From Octopus bimaculoides (Eukaryota): DNA of 64,000 nt. Under the pieces are notes generated by a model. That model was not told the origin of the DNA. It did no database searches and saw nothing but the letters and a program-made list of their open reading frames with translations. This document shows positions 1 to 12,113 of the stretch, in pieces (positions within the stretch are counted from its first letter, which is position 1; every line of letters starts with the position of its first letter). The stretch is taken from contig NC_068999.1 in the NCBI RefSeq assembly GCF_001194135.2, positions 45,590,053-45,654,052 on the forward strand. Reading direction: 5' to 3'. The translations under genes and the position numbers were made by a program.

Positions 1-223
1 ATATATATATAAATATATATATAAATATATACATGTATATATGTATATACATGTATATATGTATATACATATAAATATATGTATAATATACACCCGTGCA
101 CACACAAGCACATATCACATGTATTATGTGTGATTATTTTTACTTTTATAAATTATTTTATTGCATGTTGTCATGGATTGAATAGTTTTATAATTCCATT
201 TCGTTTCTAACATTTCAATGAGA

Positions 224-277
<54 letters not shown>

Positions 278-449
278 GTTATTATTAACATTGTTGTTAT
301 TGTGCTAGTTTTTTTTTGTTTGGTTTTTTTTTGTTAATTTTTATCCTTCCCTAACAGAATTCAAAGCTACCATATTTATACTTGTGATTATCACATAATT
401 GCTCTTCTTTTCTGTACAGATGCAGAATTAAATTGAATAAAAGCGCCAT

Positions 450-900
450 TTGTTTGCCTTTTATACATTTAGTTGCTATAAAATTCCATGACGCAATACA
501 GATGTTGAGTCACCCACTCAACAGTAAACATTTCTGATATATTATTAATAATAGTTGCTCTGCATTATACAGTTTTTGGATTAGGAAAAAAATGTAATTC
601 TTCAATGAAATCATTTAAGATTCTATTCCAAAGAATTTCAACTTTTGGTAAAGCCTATTTTATTCATCTAAGACATCATTTTTTTCTCCCAAGTATTTTC
701 AATAGCTCTTTCACTCAAAAGGATTCCACCATTGTTAGAATAACATAGTTGGTAAAATTCCAAACTTTGACAAAATGAATATACAAGTTTAGTTCCTTTG
801 TGCGAAATTCTTCCGGTGTCTCTTTCAAAATCAGGCTGGCTTGCCTCTGACTAAATCATATTAAATAAGCATTGGTGTATATTGATCTTTCATTTAAGAC
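450..900 (-). pseudogene. Possible highly decayed non-LTR reverse transcriptase remnant
   Basis: Minus-strand frames give, in RT order, ILLSERAIENTW (cf. LDxxKAFDxVW), LYQKLKFFGI (cf. LLxKLxxYGI) and AGTGGGTGACTCAACATCTGTATTG (cf. SGVPQGSVL with a frameshift). Many stops; pattern match by eye only. Confidence 0.25.
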
Positions 901-1172
901 ATTATCGTGGTATCTAATAATGTTATTGGTATGCTTGCAGTGGTACCTAACTGGCTAAATGAGCATGGTTGTGTGGCGAAAGATGTTTGTTTTGCAACCA
1001 TGTGGTTTCAGATTTGGTCCTTACTGCATAACACCTTCTCCCATAGCTTTAGATTGAGCACTACTAACTTGTGGGTAGAATATGTTACATGGAAAAACTG
1101 TAAACAAGCTGTGATACACGCATACATAAGTCAGTAAATAGTGGGGTTGTGTTAACCGCATGTGGAGAAATA

Positions 1173-1665
1173 ATAGGAAAATGAAAAATAAGGCAGAATG
1201 CTAAACTGGAAGCATATTTTAATAAAGATTTCTAACCGGCTTTCATTGCAAAGCAAATTTTCAAGAAGAAGGAGAATGAAAATGTTTTTTACAAAGAAGT
1301 ACAAAACGAAGAAAATAATATATAAAAAAAAAATATATAAAAAAATAAAAATACCAATACATTATATCGTCTCTGAGCTTTTGAAGTTCAATGGTAATCC
1401 ATGTATATAATGGTTGGAAAAATAAGGATGCATGAGAATTGAGAGTTGTGTTAGGTTTTGAAAAAGGGTTAAAAGTTTGTGTTAAGCAGGAAGTGTGGTG
1501 TCAAAACAGGAAGTGTGTGTAAGGGGAGACAAATGTTTTTAGTTGGAGTTTTGAACTCTTTTTCAACAGGAAGTTTATGTCTGTTCCTCCCCTTACACAC
1601 ACTTCCTGTTTTGACACCACACTTCCTGCTTCCAGTTTAGCATTCTGCCTTATTTTTCATTTTCC

Positions 1666-1668
<3 letters not shown>
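1173..1668. mobile_element. Foldback/TIR element with split inverted repeat
   Basis: 1173-1214 is the exact reverse complement of 1627-1668 (42 bp), and 1484-1528 is the exact reverse complement of 1587-1631 (45 bp). The right end abuts (TA)n. Confidence 0.7.
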
Positions 1669-1698
<30 letters not shown>

Positions 1699-1944
1699 GA
1701 AAGATTATTATACTTTAAAAAGTATAATAATCTTTAGAAAAGATTATTATACAAAAATGATATTGTTAATGAAAAGATAGCATTTTTCTTTTACATTCCT
1801 TCTTTTATGTACTCAGGTTTTGAATGGTTACATTGTTAGAATAACTGTCTATATAGTTCTAACAGGATTAGATCTTAGGTCCTTTTGATACCAACCCACC
1901 GAAGGCTGTCTCTGGTTCTATGGTAAAAGTTTTCCCTTTTGAAA

Positions 1945-2495
1945 ACAGTAATCTAAATTAAAATCTTTCATTAAAATTCCACGTTAATTTATGTTCCAAA
2001 CAACAGCTTAATCGCAAGAAAGTTATTTTTGCTAAATTCTTTATTTTCAAAATTAATGAAACAAAGATTATGTAATTAAATTGAAATATGGTAAGAAAAA
2101 GGTCAAAGTGATTTAGATTAAAACCTTCCATTAAAATTTTCTGTTAATTTATATTCCCAGCATCACCTTAATAATGGTAAAGTCATTTTACTAAATTCTT
2201 CATTATTTTTAAAATTCACAGAAATAAAACCAGTGTATTTAAACAGAAAGACTTAAAGTAATCTCAATTGAAACCTCCATTCAAAATTCCATTTAAATTT
2301 ATGTTCCAAATACCATCTTAAAAGCAACAATATTATTTCACTAAATTCTTCTTTATTTTCAAAATTACCTGAAACAAAGTGTGTTTCATTAGAAATATCA
2401 TAACAAAAGAGTTAAAGTGTTTTGAATTAAAACATTCCATCAAAATTTTCCGTTAGTTTATGTTCCCAGCATAAAGTTATTTTATTAAATTCGTC
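1945..2495. repeat. Degenerate ~150-160 bp tandem array (about 4 units)
   Basis: The motif AAAATT(CC/TTC)..TTTAT(G/A)TTCC recurs at 1973, 2133, 2283 and 2442. Confidence 0.7.
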
Positions 2496-2498
2496 ATT

Positions 2499-2655
2499 TA
2501 CTGTATTTCAATGTGTATAAGGAATCCTTTATTAAAAATATATGGGAGTTTCTTTACATGGATAGTATTATAATCCCTTAGAAAACCTTTTTTCCATATT
2601 TTAAGCTCAAAAACTTAGGGAGTTCCTTATACACGCTAAAATAAGATACATTCAA
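2499..2655. mobile_element. Decayed pogo/Tigger-like MITE
   Basis: Inverted GTGTATAAGG..(2513) / ..CCTTATACAC (~2626-2635), with an ACTGTATTT-type left end. Confidence 0.35.
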
Positions 2656-2679
2656 AATTTAAAAAAAAAAACAATTAAA

Positions 2680-2845
2680 AATGGCACTCTGTTCATTGGT
2701 TCCAGTTGATCCAATCAACCAAACAGCCAGCCCGTGAAATTAATGTGCAAATGGCTGAGCATTCTACAGACATGTGGACCCTTAATGTAGTTCAAGGGAG
2801 ATGCAGCATGGCACAGAATGTAACAAGTCTGGCCCCTTGAAAGAC
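2680..2845 (-). mobile_element. SINE tail-1 fragment (OK/OR1-like shared tail)
   Basis: Homologous to 14454-14630 and, in reverse, to 63290-63470. Confidence 0.8.
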
Positions 2846-2849
2846 GGGT

Positions 2850-3010
2850 TTTGCTTTCAGTTTTCACCTAGCAAATCCACACATATGACTTTGGTTGCTC
2901 TGGGGCCTAAAGTAGAAGACACTTGCTCAAGATAGCATGCAATAGGAACAGAACCTGAATCCACAGGATTGGGAAGCAAGCTTTACCACACAGCCATGCT
3001 TGCACCTACA
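2850..3010 (-). mobile_element. SINE family B head fragment
   Basis: Reverse complement of the head/core of 9519-9680. Confidence 0.7.
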
Positions 3011-3029
3011 TGCATATGTATGTATGTAT

Positions 3030-3265
3030 GCTGGTGCCACAGCAAAGCACCCAGGCTGGTGTCACATAAAATGCACCCATGCTGGTGCCACATAAAAAGC
3101 TCCAGCCATAGAACCAATGCCAAAACAGACTAAAGGAACCTGGCGCAACCCCTGACCTTGCAAGCTCCTTTTGAACTGCCTAACCTATGCCAGTATGAAA
3201 AACGGACGTTAAATGATGATGAAGATGACGACGATGACGACAATGATGATGATGATGATGATGAG
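3030..3265 (+). mobile_element. Retroposon 3' end with (GAT)n tail (family F, RTE-like tail)
   Basis: Ends ACGGACGTTAAATGATGATGA. Related copies at 8822-8985 (+), 10580-10770 (-), 24403-24660 (-), 41520-41745 (-) and 56560-56790. Confidence 0.7.
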
Positions 3266-3381
3266 ACATATGAATTTTTTTTTTTAACTATATTATTTGT
3301 GAAAGCAAATAAATATTTTTAATAGTATGAATTCTGAAAACTCTGTCAATAAGGTATTATTAATGTCAATGGATTTATAAA

Positions 3382-3467
3382 TTAATTTATAGCTAAGACT
3401 TGATCTCGTGAAGTAGTCTTTGCCAAGAGCCCTTCTTTCAACTCTTTAACGTTTGGTAGAACTGCTT
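3382..3467 (-). CDS. Candidate terminal exon (EAVLPNVKELKEGLLAKTTSRDQVLAIN*)
   Basis: Strong polypyrimidine tract plus TTAATGCAG acceptor, and a non-repetitive open frame to TAA. No homology recognised. Confidence 0.2.
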
Positions 3468-4149
3468 CTGCATTAAAAAAGAAAGAAAGAAAGAGGGAGA
3501 GAGAGAGTAGAAAGAACGAAGAACCATTCGGCAATGATATAATTACAAAAGACAGCTTTAAGTAATTAACAATCATTTTCTTTCTTTTTTTTTTGTTTTG
3601 TTTTTGTAGCTTTTTAAATAGTTTATTTATTGTTTGATGGAATGGCTTATCTTTCAATTCCTTAAAAACATCTGTTTCTTATTTTTCAAATGGTTAAATG
3701 CTGATAATTCATTTATAGTAATTTTTCTTTCTTTCTTTTTTTTTTGCTTTTTTTTTTTGTTTCTTACTTTAAACATATTTTTCATATTAAAAAATAAACA
3801 TTTAGTCTATATTTTAATAATATAAAATCGTTATCGCAAACGTAAATACCTTGTGCTTTTTTCCATGTTGGATTGCAGTTATGTGTTACTGAGATAACAG
3901 CTAAATGTTGTTGCTCTTGTCTTTGTTGTTGTTGTTGTTGTTGTTTATCCCTGATCATTATTGAATAAGTAAGCCCTACAATCAAAGCTCCTTTTGAAAA
4001 GACAGCATTATCCAATACATCCTTCTGCTTTTATACGCAATATGGCGTTAAGGGAGATTTTGCTGTTATTTCTAGCTGTTGAAATGTTCACATTTGAAAC
4101 TAAATCCAGAAGCTAACATGTGAATCAGCTGCCCAGATGCATAATTTTT

Positions 4150-4970
4150 ATTGTCTCACTTTGGCACCTTACACTTTTATAGCGTCACAATTTTCATAGC
4201 GTCTCACTTTTTGTAACGTCTCACTTTTATAGGCTCGTGTTTCCATAGCATCTCACTTTTTTTAACAACTTGCTTTTTATAGTATCTCAATTTTCTAGTG
4301 TCTCACTTTTTTTTTAAATAGCACCTCACTCTTTTATATAGTGTCTCATTTTTTTATCACATCTCATTTCATAGTATGTTACTTTCTTGTAGTCCACATT
4401 TTTATAGTGTCTCATTTTTTTATAGCATTTTTTCATAAATGCATTTTATGGCATTTCATTTTGTTTATAATGTCTCACATTTTTACAGCACCAATTTTTG
4501 ACAGTGCCACACTTTTTATAGCTTCTCACTATTTATAGTGTCTCACTTTTTTATAGTATTTCACTTTTTCTAGTGTCTCACTTTTTATAGTGCCTCATTT
4601 TTTATACCACCTCACTTTTTTATAGAGTCTCACTTTTTATGGTGTCTCATTTTTTATAGTGCCTCATTTTTTATACCACCTCACTTTTTTATAGTGTCTC
4701 ACTTTTTATGGTGTCTTATTTTTTATAGTGTCTCGCTTTTTATAGCGCCTCACTTTTTATAGTGCCTCACTTTTTATAGAGTCTCACTTTTTTATAATGT
4801 CTCACTTTTTATAGTGTCTCACTCTTTGATAACGCTTTACTTTTAGTAAGTCACAAATTTTATTGCATCTCACTTTTATATAGCATCTGACACTTTTTAT
4901 AGCAACTCACATTTCTACAGAAAGTGAGACACCATAGCATGTTGTCCTTATAGCATCTCACATTTTTTAA
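4150..4970. repeat. Minisatellite, ~17-19 bp unit TAGTGTCTCACTTTTT(T)A
   Basis: Dozens of degenerate copies, most homogeneous at 4530-4830. One inverted unit (GAAAGTGAGACAC) at ~4920-4932. Confidence 0.9.
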
Positions 4971-5529
4971 CTGAAATAATGAACAAATTAATGAATTCAA
5001 CTGTTGAATAACAAAAAGGAGGAGTTGCACCTCTTGCTGGAGGGGTCCACATCCTTAAAATCAACAGCAACAAACCAGTTTAATCATCCTCGAGTGCTTA
5101 ATACAAAATTTTATCCTTTCACAGAATGTCAACTGATCTGCTAATCACATCATGGCTTAATTTTTTTTTCTGCTCCTGTTATCAGATTAACCATGTTTTT
5201 TTCTTTGAATTTTTATGTTATTATACTGCACTGAGAATCAGAAATTAATTTTTTATTTCCTGTTTTAATCTAGAATTATTTTGGAACCCTTGAAAAAAAT
5301 TCTTCTTCTGGTTATTCCCTCTGTCTCTTCACCTGCCAGTTTAGAATCTGTTTTTTTTTTGATGCCGTGATTAGTTTAAAGTTCTATCAAAGAATGGTAA
5401 ACAGCTATGATGACTTCACAAATGGCAATGTTTTGTGTTTGATGAGAGTTCATATTAATCAGGTGACTATCCAACTATCCAGACACTCACACGTAGACAT
5501 ACACATGCGTTATTATTATTATTATTAAT

Positions 5530-5645
5530 ATTATTTTTATAACGTGCTTTCACTTCACTACCGAGCGCAGCTCTGTGTACCTTGGGTATGTGCTGTGGTT
5601 TGCTGTGATGCTCTTATGGTTACTGTATTGAAAGTGTTTTGCGTA
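5530..5645 (-). mobile_element. Very short 3' end of R4/Dong-like LINE
   Basis: Near-identical to 12600-12712 and flanked on both sides by (ATT)n. Confidence 0.85.
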
Positions 5646-7146
5646 TTATCATTATTATTATTATTATTATTTTTATTGAGAACAAACTGGCTAATCTGTT
5701 CTGGAGGACTTTCCAGTTGGAAACTATCATGGATAATTTCTAGATGTCTTTGGCCTGGCACTGAGACTGTAGTAGATCACACTTGCCCAAGGTGCTGAAT
5801 GTACAATGAGATTGAACCTGGAATCACATGATTACGTAGTAAACTTCCTGACCCATACAGCCATGCCTTCACCTCTATGTTAATAAGTTTCTTAATTGAC
5901 CTTATTTATTTGCGTTATTGCATTATTCAACAGCCGTAGGTGTCATCGGCCTTCTTGCCGATGTTATCATCACCGTTGTTGCTGCTATTGGCGCTACAGC
6001 TGCTACTGCTGCTGCTGCTGCTGCCGATATTGATTCTTGAATTGAACAATTTTTAAATCATAGAATTTTACCCACCTCCACCCCCTCGTCCTTCCCATCG
6101 CCACCACCACCAGCAGCAGCAGCCTGACATTAATAAAGGAAACCGAAAATATCACCCTGTTCGCAAATTTCATCGTGTCGGTTTCATTAACAATCTGGTT
6201 GCTATGGTGACAACACCAATAGAGCAACATTTCAGTTACTGATGTGTTCTTTCATGGATTAACAGAATTCTCTAGGGAGGACCTCCGCTATGAAACAGCA
6301 ACAGCAACAACAACAATAGTGGCTGCAACTGTTTGGCAAACACAAATTACCTTAAAGCTACAACTGACAGTTCTAAGCTGAAACCCTCTCTTTAAACATT
6401 AGCAAACTGTAAATGCAAACATTTGGAGCATCTATCAACTATTATTTTGAAGAAATGCCTCAATTATTTGGCAATTTCATCGGCTTTTATCAGCTACTCT
6501 GAAGTTATTTGTTACAGATCAATAAACATTTATTTCTCAACCCCACCCTCTTCTCGATCATCATTTTGGTTTCTGGGGTTTTTTTTGTTTCTTTTGGCCT
6601 TTTTTTTTTTTTTTTGGATTCCGTTATCTCTTTCCATCCACCACAAACCAATATATCACAGATAACAACTATAGCATGAACTGCGACAAAAAAAAAAAAA
6701 AATAATAATAACATCAACATCATCGAATTTCTTTCTTTTGGTAAGAACAATGACAAATTGAAGATCATTGGCACACTCACAAAAAAAAAATAAAAATAAA
6801 AAAAAACCCACAGTAACAATGGCAACCATAACACTGACTGTATTAATATCAACAGCAACAACAGCAGCAATATCACCAACATCGACACTTCTTGAGTACT
6901 TTGGCTACACTACTGACAAAGAATTGTTACAACAGTTTCTTTAAGGATAAAAAAACTAGAAAATTATTCTTTGACATTTTGGTTTATTTCACATTTTTTT
7001 TGTTACTATTCTTCTGTCTTTTTAGAGATCATTCTTGCATTATTATGTGAATGGTAAACTGATATATGGTAATTATACAGGTCATTTAATAATAACAATA
7101 ATAATAATAATAATAATAATAGTAGTAGTAATAATAATAATAGCTT

Positions 7147-7458
7147 GGCTTTCATGGCTTTTGATCTTAAGTGATTGGAAGTGTTATCATGTAAATGCAT
7201 TGTCTTGATATAAAAGATGGGTTACAGCAAATATTCTGCTCAATACTACAGATTTGCTTGTCAGTTGTTTGACCATAACCAGTCGAGCATGTCCCTTGGT
7301 TGCTGACGATATGTGCATCTCTGATCATGAGCAGAAATATTGGGGGAACATCGTAGCCATGTGTTGAGAAGAATTCTTAGGCGCTTGAATAATTCACATC
7401 TGGAAATGTGTGTTGATTCAACATCCTTAAACAACCCTTATTCAGGGACATTTTGAGG
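7147..7458 (-). mobile_element. Retroposon family D fragment
   Basis: Reverse complement of 15715-16050; adjacent to (AAT)n at 7085-7140. Confidence 0.8.
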
Positions 7459-7800
7459 TTGACTTTGCCTTTCATCCTTTTGGGGGTCGAAAAATTAAGT
7501 ACCAGTTATGCACTGGGGTTGACATAATCAACTTAATCCCTTTGTCTGTCCTTGTTTGTCCCCTCTATGTTTATCCCCTTATGGGCAATAAAGAAATAAG
7601 AAACATTAGCATGCCAGGCAAAACGCTTAACGGTATCTCATCTATCTTTACGTTCTGAGTTCAAATCCCACCAAAGTCAACTTTCCCTTTCATCCTTTCA
7701 GGGTCAAATAAATAAGTACCAGTTGTGTACTGGGTTCGATCTAATCGACTGGCCCCCACTCCTCAAAAATTTCAGGCCTTATGGCTAGAGTAGAAAAGAT
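7455..7800 (+). mobile_element. Two tandem SINE family C fragments followed by (ATT)n
   Basis: GACTTTGCCTTTCATCCTTT..GGGTC..AAGTACCAGTT occurs twice (7460, 7680); B-box-like GAGTTCAAATCCC at 7657. Confidence 0.8.
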
Positions 7801-7807
7801 TATTATT

Positions 7808-7864
<57 letters not shown>

Positions 7865-8033
7865 GCCAAATAAAATGCTGAGATAATAAACTCCTGTAAA
7901 CAGCTGCTGATATTGCCATACCAACAGCCCCCAAGATTTCGACCTGGTTTAGTCCTTCGTTTTGAGAGCGTATTATTTAGATATTAGATTTGAAAGCAAA
8001 TTGCATTAAGATTATAATACGATACCACAACAT

Positions 8034-8072
<39 letters not shown>

Positions 8073-8589
8073 TTTGTTGTTGTTGTTGTTGTTAATATTG
8101 TCAGGATTGTGGTTGTTGTCATCATTGTAAATTGTATTTAATTTGTCGTTTGTTCTTACCAAAGAAAATCAATTTTAGTTCATTAAGGAATGTTCAATGA
8201 ATTCAAACATCAAAACTACTCGCCATGGAAACTAAACACACGATGTTGTTGTTGTTGTTGTTGTCGGTAGTGGTGGTGATGGTTGTGGTTGTGGTGATGC
8301 CGGCGGCAGCGGTGGTGGTGGAATGATTTTCTTTTTTTTTCATCTTCTGATCCTTATTTTCGTCAACCTCTCGATTATCACTACATCTGCATCACGGTGC
8401 AGTTTGTTGTGCAATGTGCAGTACTATGTCAGAACAACAGAATGACGATTGTAATATTTCGCAAACTGAGAATCAACAAAAACAAAAAAAAAACAAAAAA
8501 ACCTTGCTCTCCCTTTTTTGATTCCTGATTATGTTATTGAGTAAGGAATTGGCAATCTGTAGATTTGCTGATTCTCAAAGATACAAAGA

Positions 8590-8817
8590 TTAAACCTTTA
8601 GCACTCAGATTCCTCTGCCAAAATGTAAGGCTTATATATTCACATTGTTTCCAATCAATAATTTATTATCTCATAGCTTCAAGATTCTGATGATGTGGTT
8701 GTTTATTTTTACGATGACATTCTTGGGTAGGTGTGAGAGGCTGGATCAGGCCAGTTTCAAAAAGGACAAGTAGAATATATGGGCTGCATATGGTTAGTTT
8801 TGATACTTAAGGTTTAA
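8590..8817. mobile_element. piggyBac-like MITE (TTAA..CCTTTAGCA ends)
   Basis: TTAA-bounded. Homologous copies at 27103-27310 and 62372-62571 (ending AATGTTAATGGGTTAA). Confidence 0.65.
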
Positions 8818-9518
8818 AGCAAGTCATCTGGACATGATTGCTGAAGGTGATTTGGTGTTAGGAAGGGCATCCAGCCATTAGAAACCATGCTGAAACAGAC
8901 ATGGAGGTTGAATAGCCCGTCAGCTGGTCAGCTTCTGTCAAACTGTCCGATCTATGCCAGCATGGAAAACAGATGTCAAATGGCGGTGGTGGTGGTGGTG
9001 GTGGTGGCGGTGGTGGTGATGACAGTGATGATAGTGATCCTGGTTCAATTTCTAAATTTTGCAATTGCTCAACAACCCTGCAGCAGGTTGACTACCCAGA
9101 TACAATACATCAGGTTAGGATCGAAGTAGCCATGGAAACAACATTTGTATTATTAGATTCACCATTGATTTATTTGGCGAAAGCATCGTTGTTGTGGTAC
9201 ATAACCTTGTTGTTAAAGGTGGAGTGTGTCCTTGAGCGAGGCACTTTACTTTTCATTGTTCAGCTGCAAAAGAAGTACCAAGCTCAAGTGCTGCTGGCGT
9301 CATCCTCTTTCTCTCCCACCAACCGTCACATCCTGGATTGTCTACTACGATGAAAGGGGTGGGAGAGACAAGAGGCTTCCTATGTCTGCTCACAAGCACT
9401 TAAAACAGTTGGCAAAAACATAGAAGATACCACGAAGCCACACTCGTTCACAAGCGACAGCTGCCTCTTAAATTGTCTTGCAAACCATGAAGTGTAAAAA
9501 ACAAAAAAATAAACAATA

Positions 9519-9954
9519 GGCGCAGGAGTGGCTGTGTGGTAAGTAGCTTGCTTACCAACCACATACTTCCGGGTTCATCCCCACTGTGTGGCACCTTGGG
9601 CAAGCGTCTTCTACTATAGCCTCGGGCTGACCAAAGCCTTGTGAGTGGATTTGGTAGACAGAAACTGAAAGAAGCCTGTCGTATATATGTATATGTATAT
9701 ATATGTATATGTATATATATGTGTTTTTGTGTCTGTGTGTCTATGTTTGTCCCCCCCCCTCCAACATCGCTTGACAACCGATGCTGGTGTGTTTACGTCC
9801 CCGTAACTTAGCGGTTCGGCAAAAGAGACCGATAGAATAAGTACTAGACTTACAAAGAATAAGTCCTGGGGTCGATTTTCTTGACTAAAGGTGGTGCTCC
9901 AGCATGGCCGCAGTCGAATGACTGAAACAAGTAAAAGAGAAAAAAATAAAAGAG
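9519..9954 (+). mobile_element. Full-length tRNA-derived SINE family B with internal microsatellite
   Basis: A-box-like TGGCTGTGTGG, B-box-like GGTTCATCCC, CORE-like CACCTTGGGCAAG, internal (TA/TG)n at ~9680-9740, tail AAAAGAG. Matches 44761-45165 and 37305-37758. Confidence 0.9.
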
Positions 9955-10759
9955 AAATTTTGTTATACACTTATAACCTGGTTATTAATATGCTATTATG
10001 TGCTTCCAAAGTCAGTTTTTGGTCAGTTTTTATGGCCTACGGAGGAGGTCTTTTTGTTTGTTTAGACTTTATACCTCATTTCTTATCAGCTAATTAAAAT
10101 TATTTATTTATTTTTTGTCTGTGCAGTCTCCAGTTATTCATTTAATGGATTGGATGTTTGCTATTGTCTGTATTTTATAGCCAGACCGACCACAAGTACT
10201 TCACCTTCGCCACCAAATTAATCTATATTCTAAACAGACAACCATTTCCTCATCACTAAACCTATCACAATAGAAGGTTTTTAATTCCATACATTATTAT
10301 TATTATTATTATTATTATTATCAATGTCTTTGTTGTTGTCATTGACTTTATTTATTCAAAAAGTGATTACATGCTTCTCTAGTTAGCAGAAATAGTATCA
10401 CGAGGTTTGGTGACCACAAGCCTCCCCAAATCTCAGGAATCGTTCCAAAGATTCTTGCAGAATAATCGACGTCACTTTTCTTGCTGGTTGACGGTTGTCG
10501 CCGTCGATGTCACCGTCGCAATCTTTGCCATCACCATCATCATTGCCACCGCCGCCGTCGCTACTATCATCATCATCATTTTTATGTCCATTTTTCCATG
10601 CTCGCAAGAGCTAAACAGGACAGAGTTTATTGAAGTAGATTTTCTACGGCTGGATGCTTTTCCTGATGCTAACCCTTACCTGTCTTGTATTTCCTCATGG
10701 CCAGACATGTATTTTACAGAATACTGGAAATGTACAACACTTATTTAAAATGATGCAAT

Positions 10760-10817
10760 GCCAAGACAAGGGATACAAACACACACTCTCTTTCACACAC
10801 ACACATATACGCACACT

Positions 10818-10858
<41 letters not shown>

Positions 10859-11230
10859 AATCTCTCTCTTTCTCACACACACACACACACACAATCAATC
10901 TCTCTCACTCTCTCTCTCTCACACACACACACATACACACACTCTTTCATACATACACACACTCAATCTCTCTCTCTCTCTCTCTTTCATACACACACAC
11001 ACTCAATCTCTCTCACACACACAGACACACACTCAATTTCTCTCTCTCTCTCTCATACACACACACACACACACACTCAATTTCTCTCTCTCTCTCATAC
11101 ACACACCCAATTTCTCTATCTCTCTCTCACACACACACTCAATTTCTCTCTCTCTCTCTCATACACACACACTCAATCTCTCTTTCTCTTTCTCTCTCAT
11201 ACACATATACATACACACACATATATATCA
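10760..11230. repeat. Compound (CT)n/(CA)n array punctuated by CTCAAT
   Basis: Repeating unit ACTCAAT(C/T)TCTCTC..ATACACAC; lies directly beside a minus-strand SINE B head (11225-11360). Confidence 0.9.
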
Positions 11231-11621
11231 TGAGGTCCTTTCAGTTTCCATCTACCAAATTCACTCACAAGTCAGTCAGCCCAGGGTTATAGCAAGAAAA
11301 TGCTTGCCCAAAGTGCCATGTGTAGGGACTGAACCTGAAACCTCACAGCCCTGCCTGTGCCTGTTTCCCTTTTACTTTCAAATCCTAAATATTCCTTTTG
11401 AATTCCCCTTTTTTTACCTCCTGACCAATTTTTTTCAAACTAACACTTCATTCACAACCATGTGTGCACTATTTCACTTTTCAATTGACATTCATCAATG
11501 AAATTTAATTAATTTTTCTTTTCTAATTATGTCTCTAATTATGTAATACTTTAATTAACCATTAATTTTTTTAGTCATGTCTTTTGCATGCTTCATTTCA
11601 ATGGTTTGGTTCACTTCACAG

Positions 11622-11649
11622 AGCTCCGTGTGAAGGAGGAGCTCTGTAG
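11622..11649 (+). CDS. Candidate 28-nt microexon (ELRVKEELC)
   Basis: TTCACTTCACAG acceptor and TAG|GTAAGA donor. Only one frame is open, and the exon folds into a 10-bp hairpin. Confidence 0.2.
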
Positions 11650-11854
11650 GTAAGACATTTGCTTCCTAGAAATAACAGCTAAATCTAGACAGTTTCACTA
11701 CCATTGTCTTCATTTCTCTTTCTTTTTTACAACAGCAACAACAACATCAGACTTTTATTCCTTTTGATGTTTCACCTACATCATTTCAATGATTCCATCA
11801 CACCGTTTCTGAATAATAAACCTCTTTCAGTTCAATTTCTCACTATCTTTCTAT

Positions 11855-12100
11855 CTTTTACTTGTTTCAGTCATTGGACTGCGGCCATGCTGGGGTACCA
11901 CCTTGAAGAATTTTAGTTAAATAAATCAATCCCTGCACTTTATTATTTTTCAAGTCTGGCACTTATTTTATTGGTCTCTTTTGCCAATCCACTAAGTTAT
12001 GTGGAATGTAAATAATCCAACACTACTTGTCAAGTGGTGGTGGTGGTGGTGATGGACAAACACAGACATACACATATACATATATATATATGTATATATT
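11855..12100 (-). mobile_element. SINE family B 3' half
   Basis: Reverse complement of 9730-9954, diverged. Confidence 0.75.
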
Positions 12101-12113
12101 TCATTCCATGATG

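Noticed and set aside
9220-9300. Apparent coding segment in ORF 8973-9353
   Set aside because: It contains TGTGTCCTTGAGC..GCACTT, an old SINE core.
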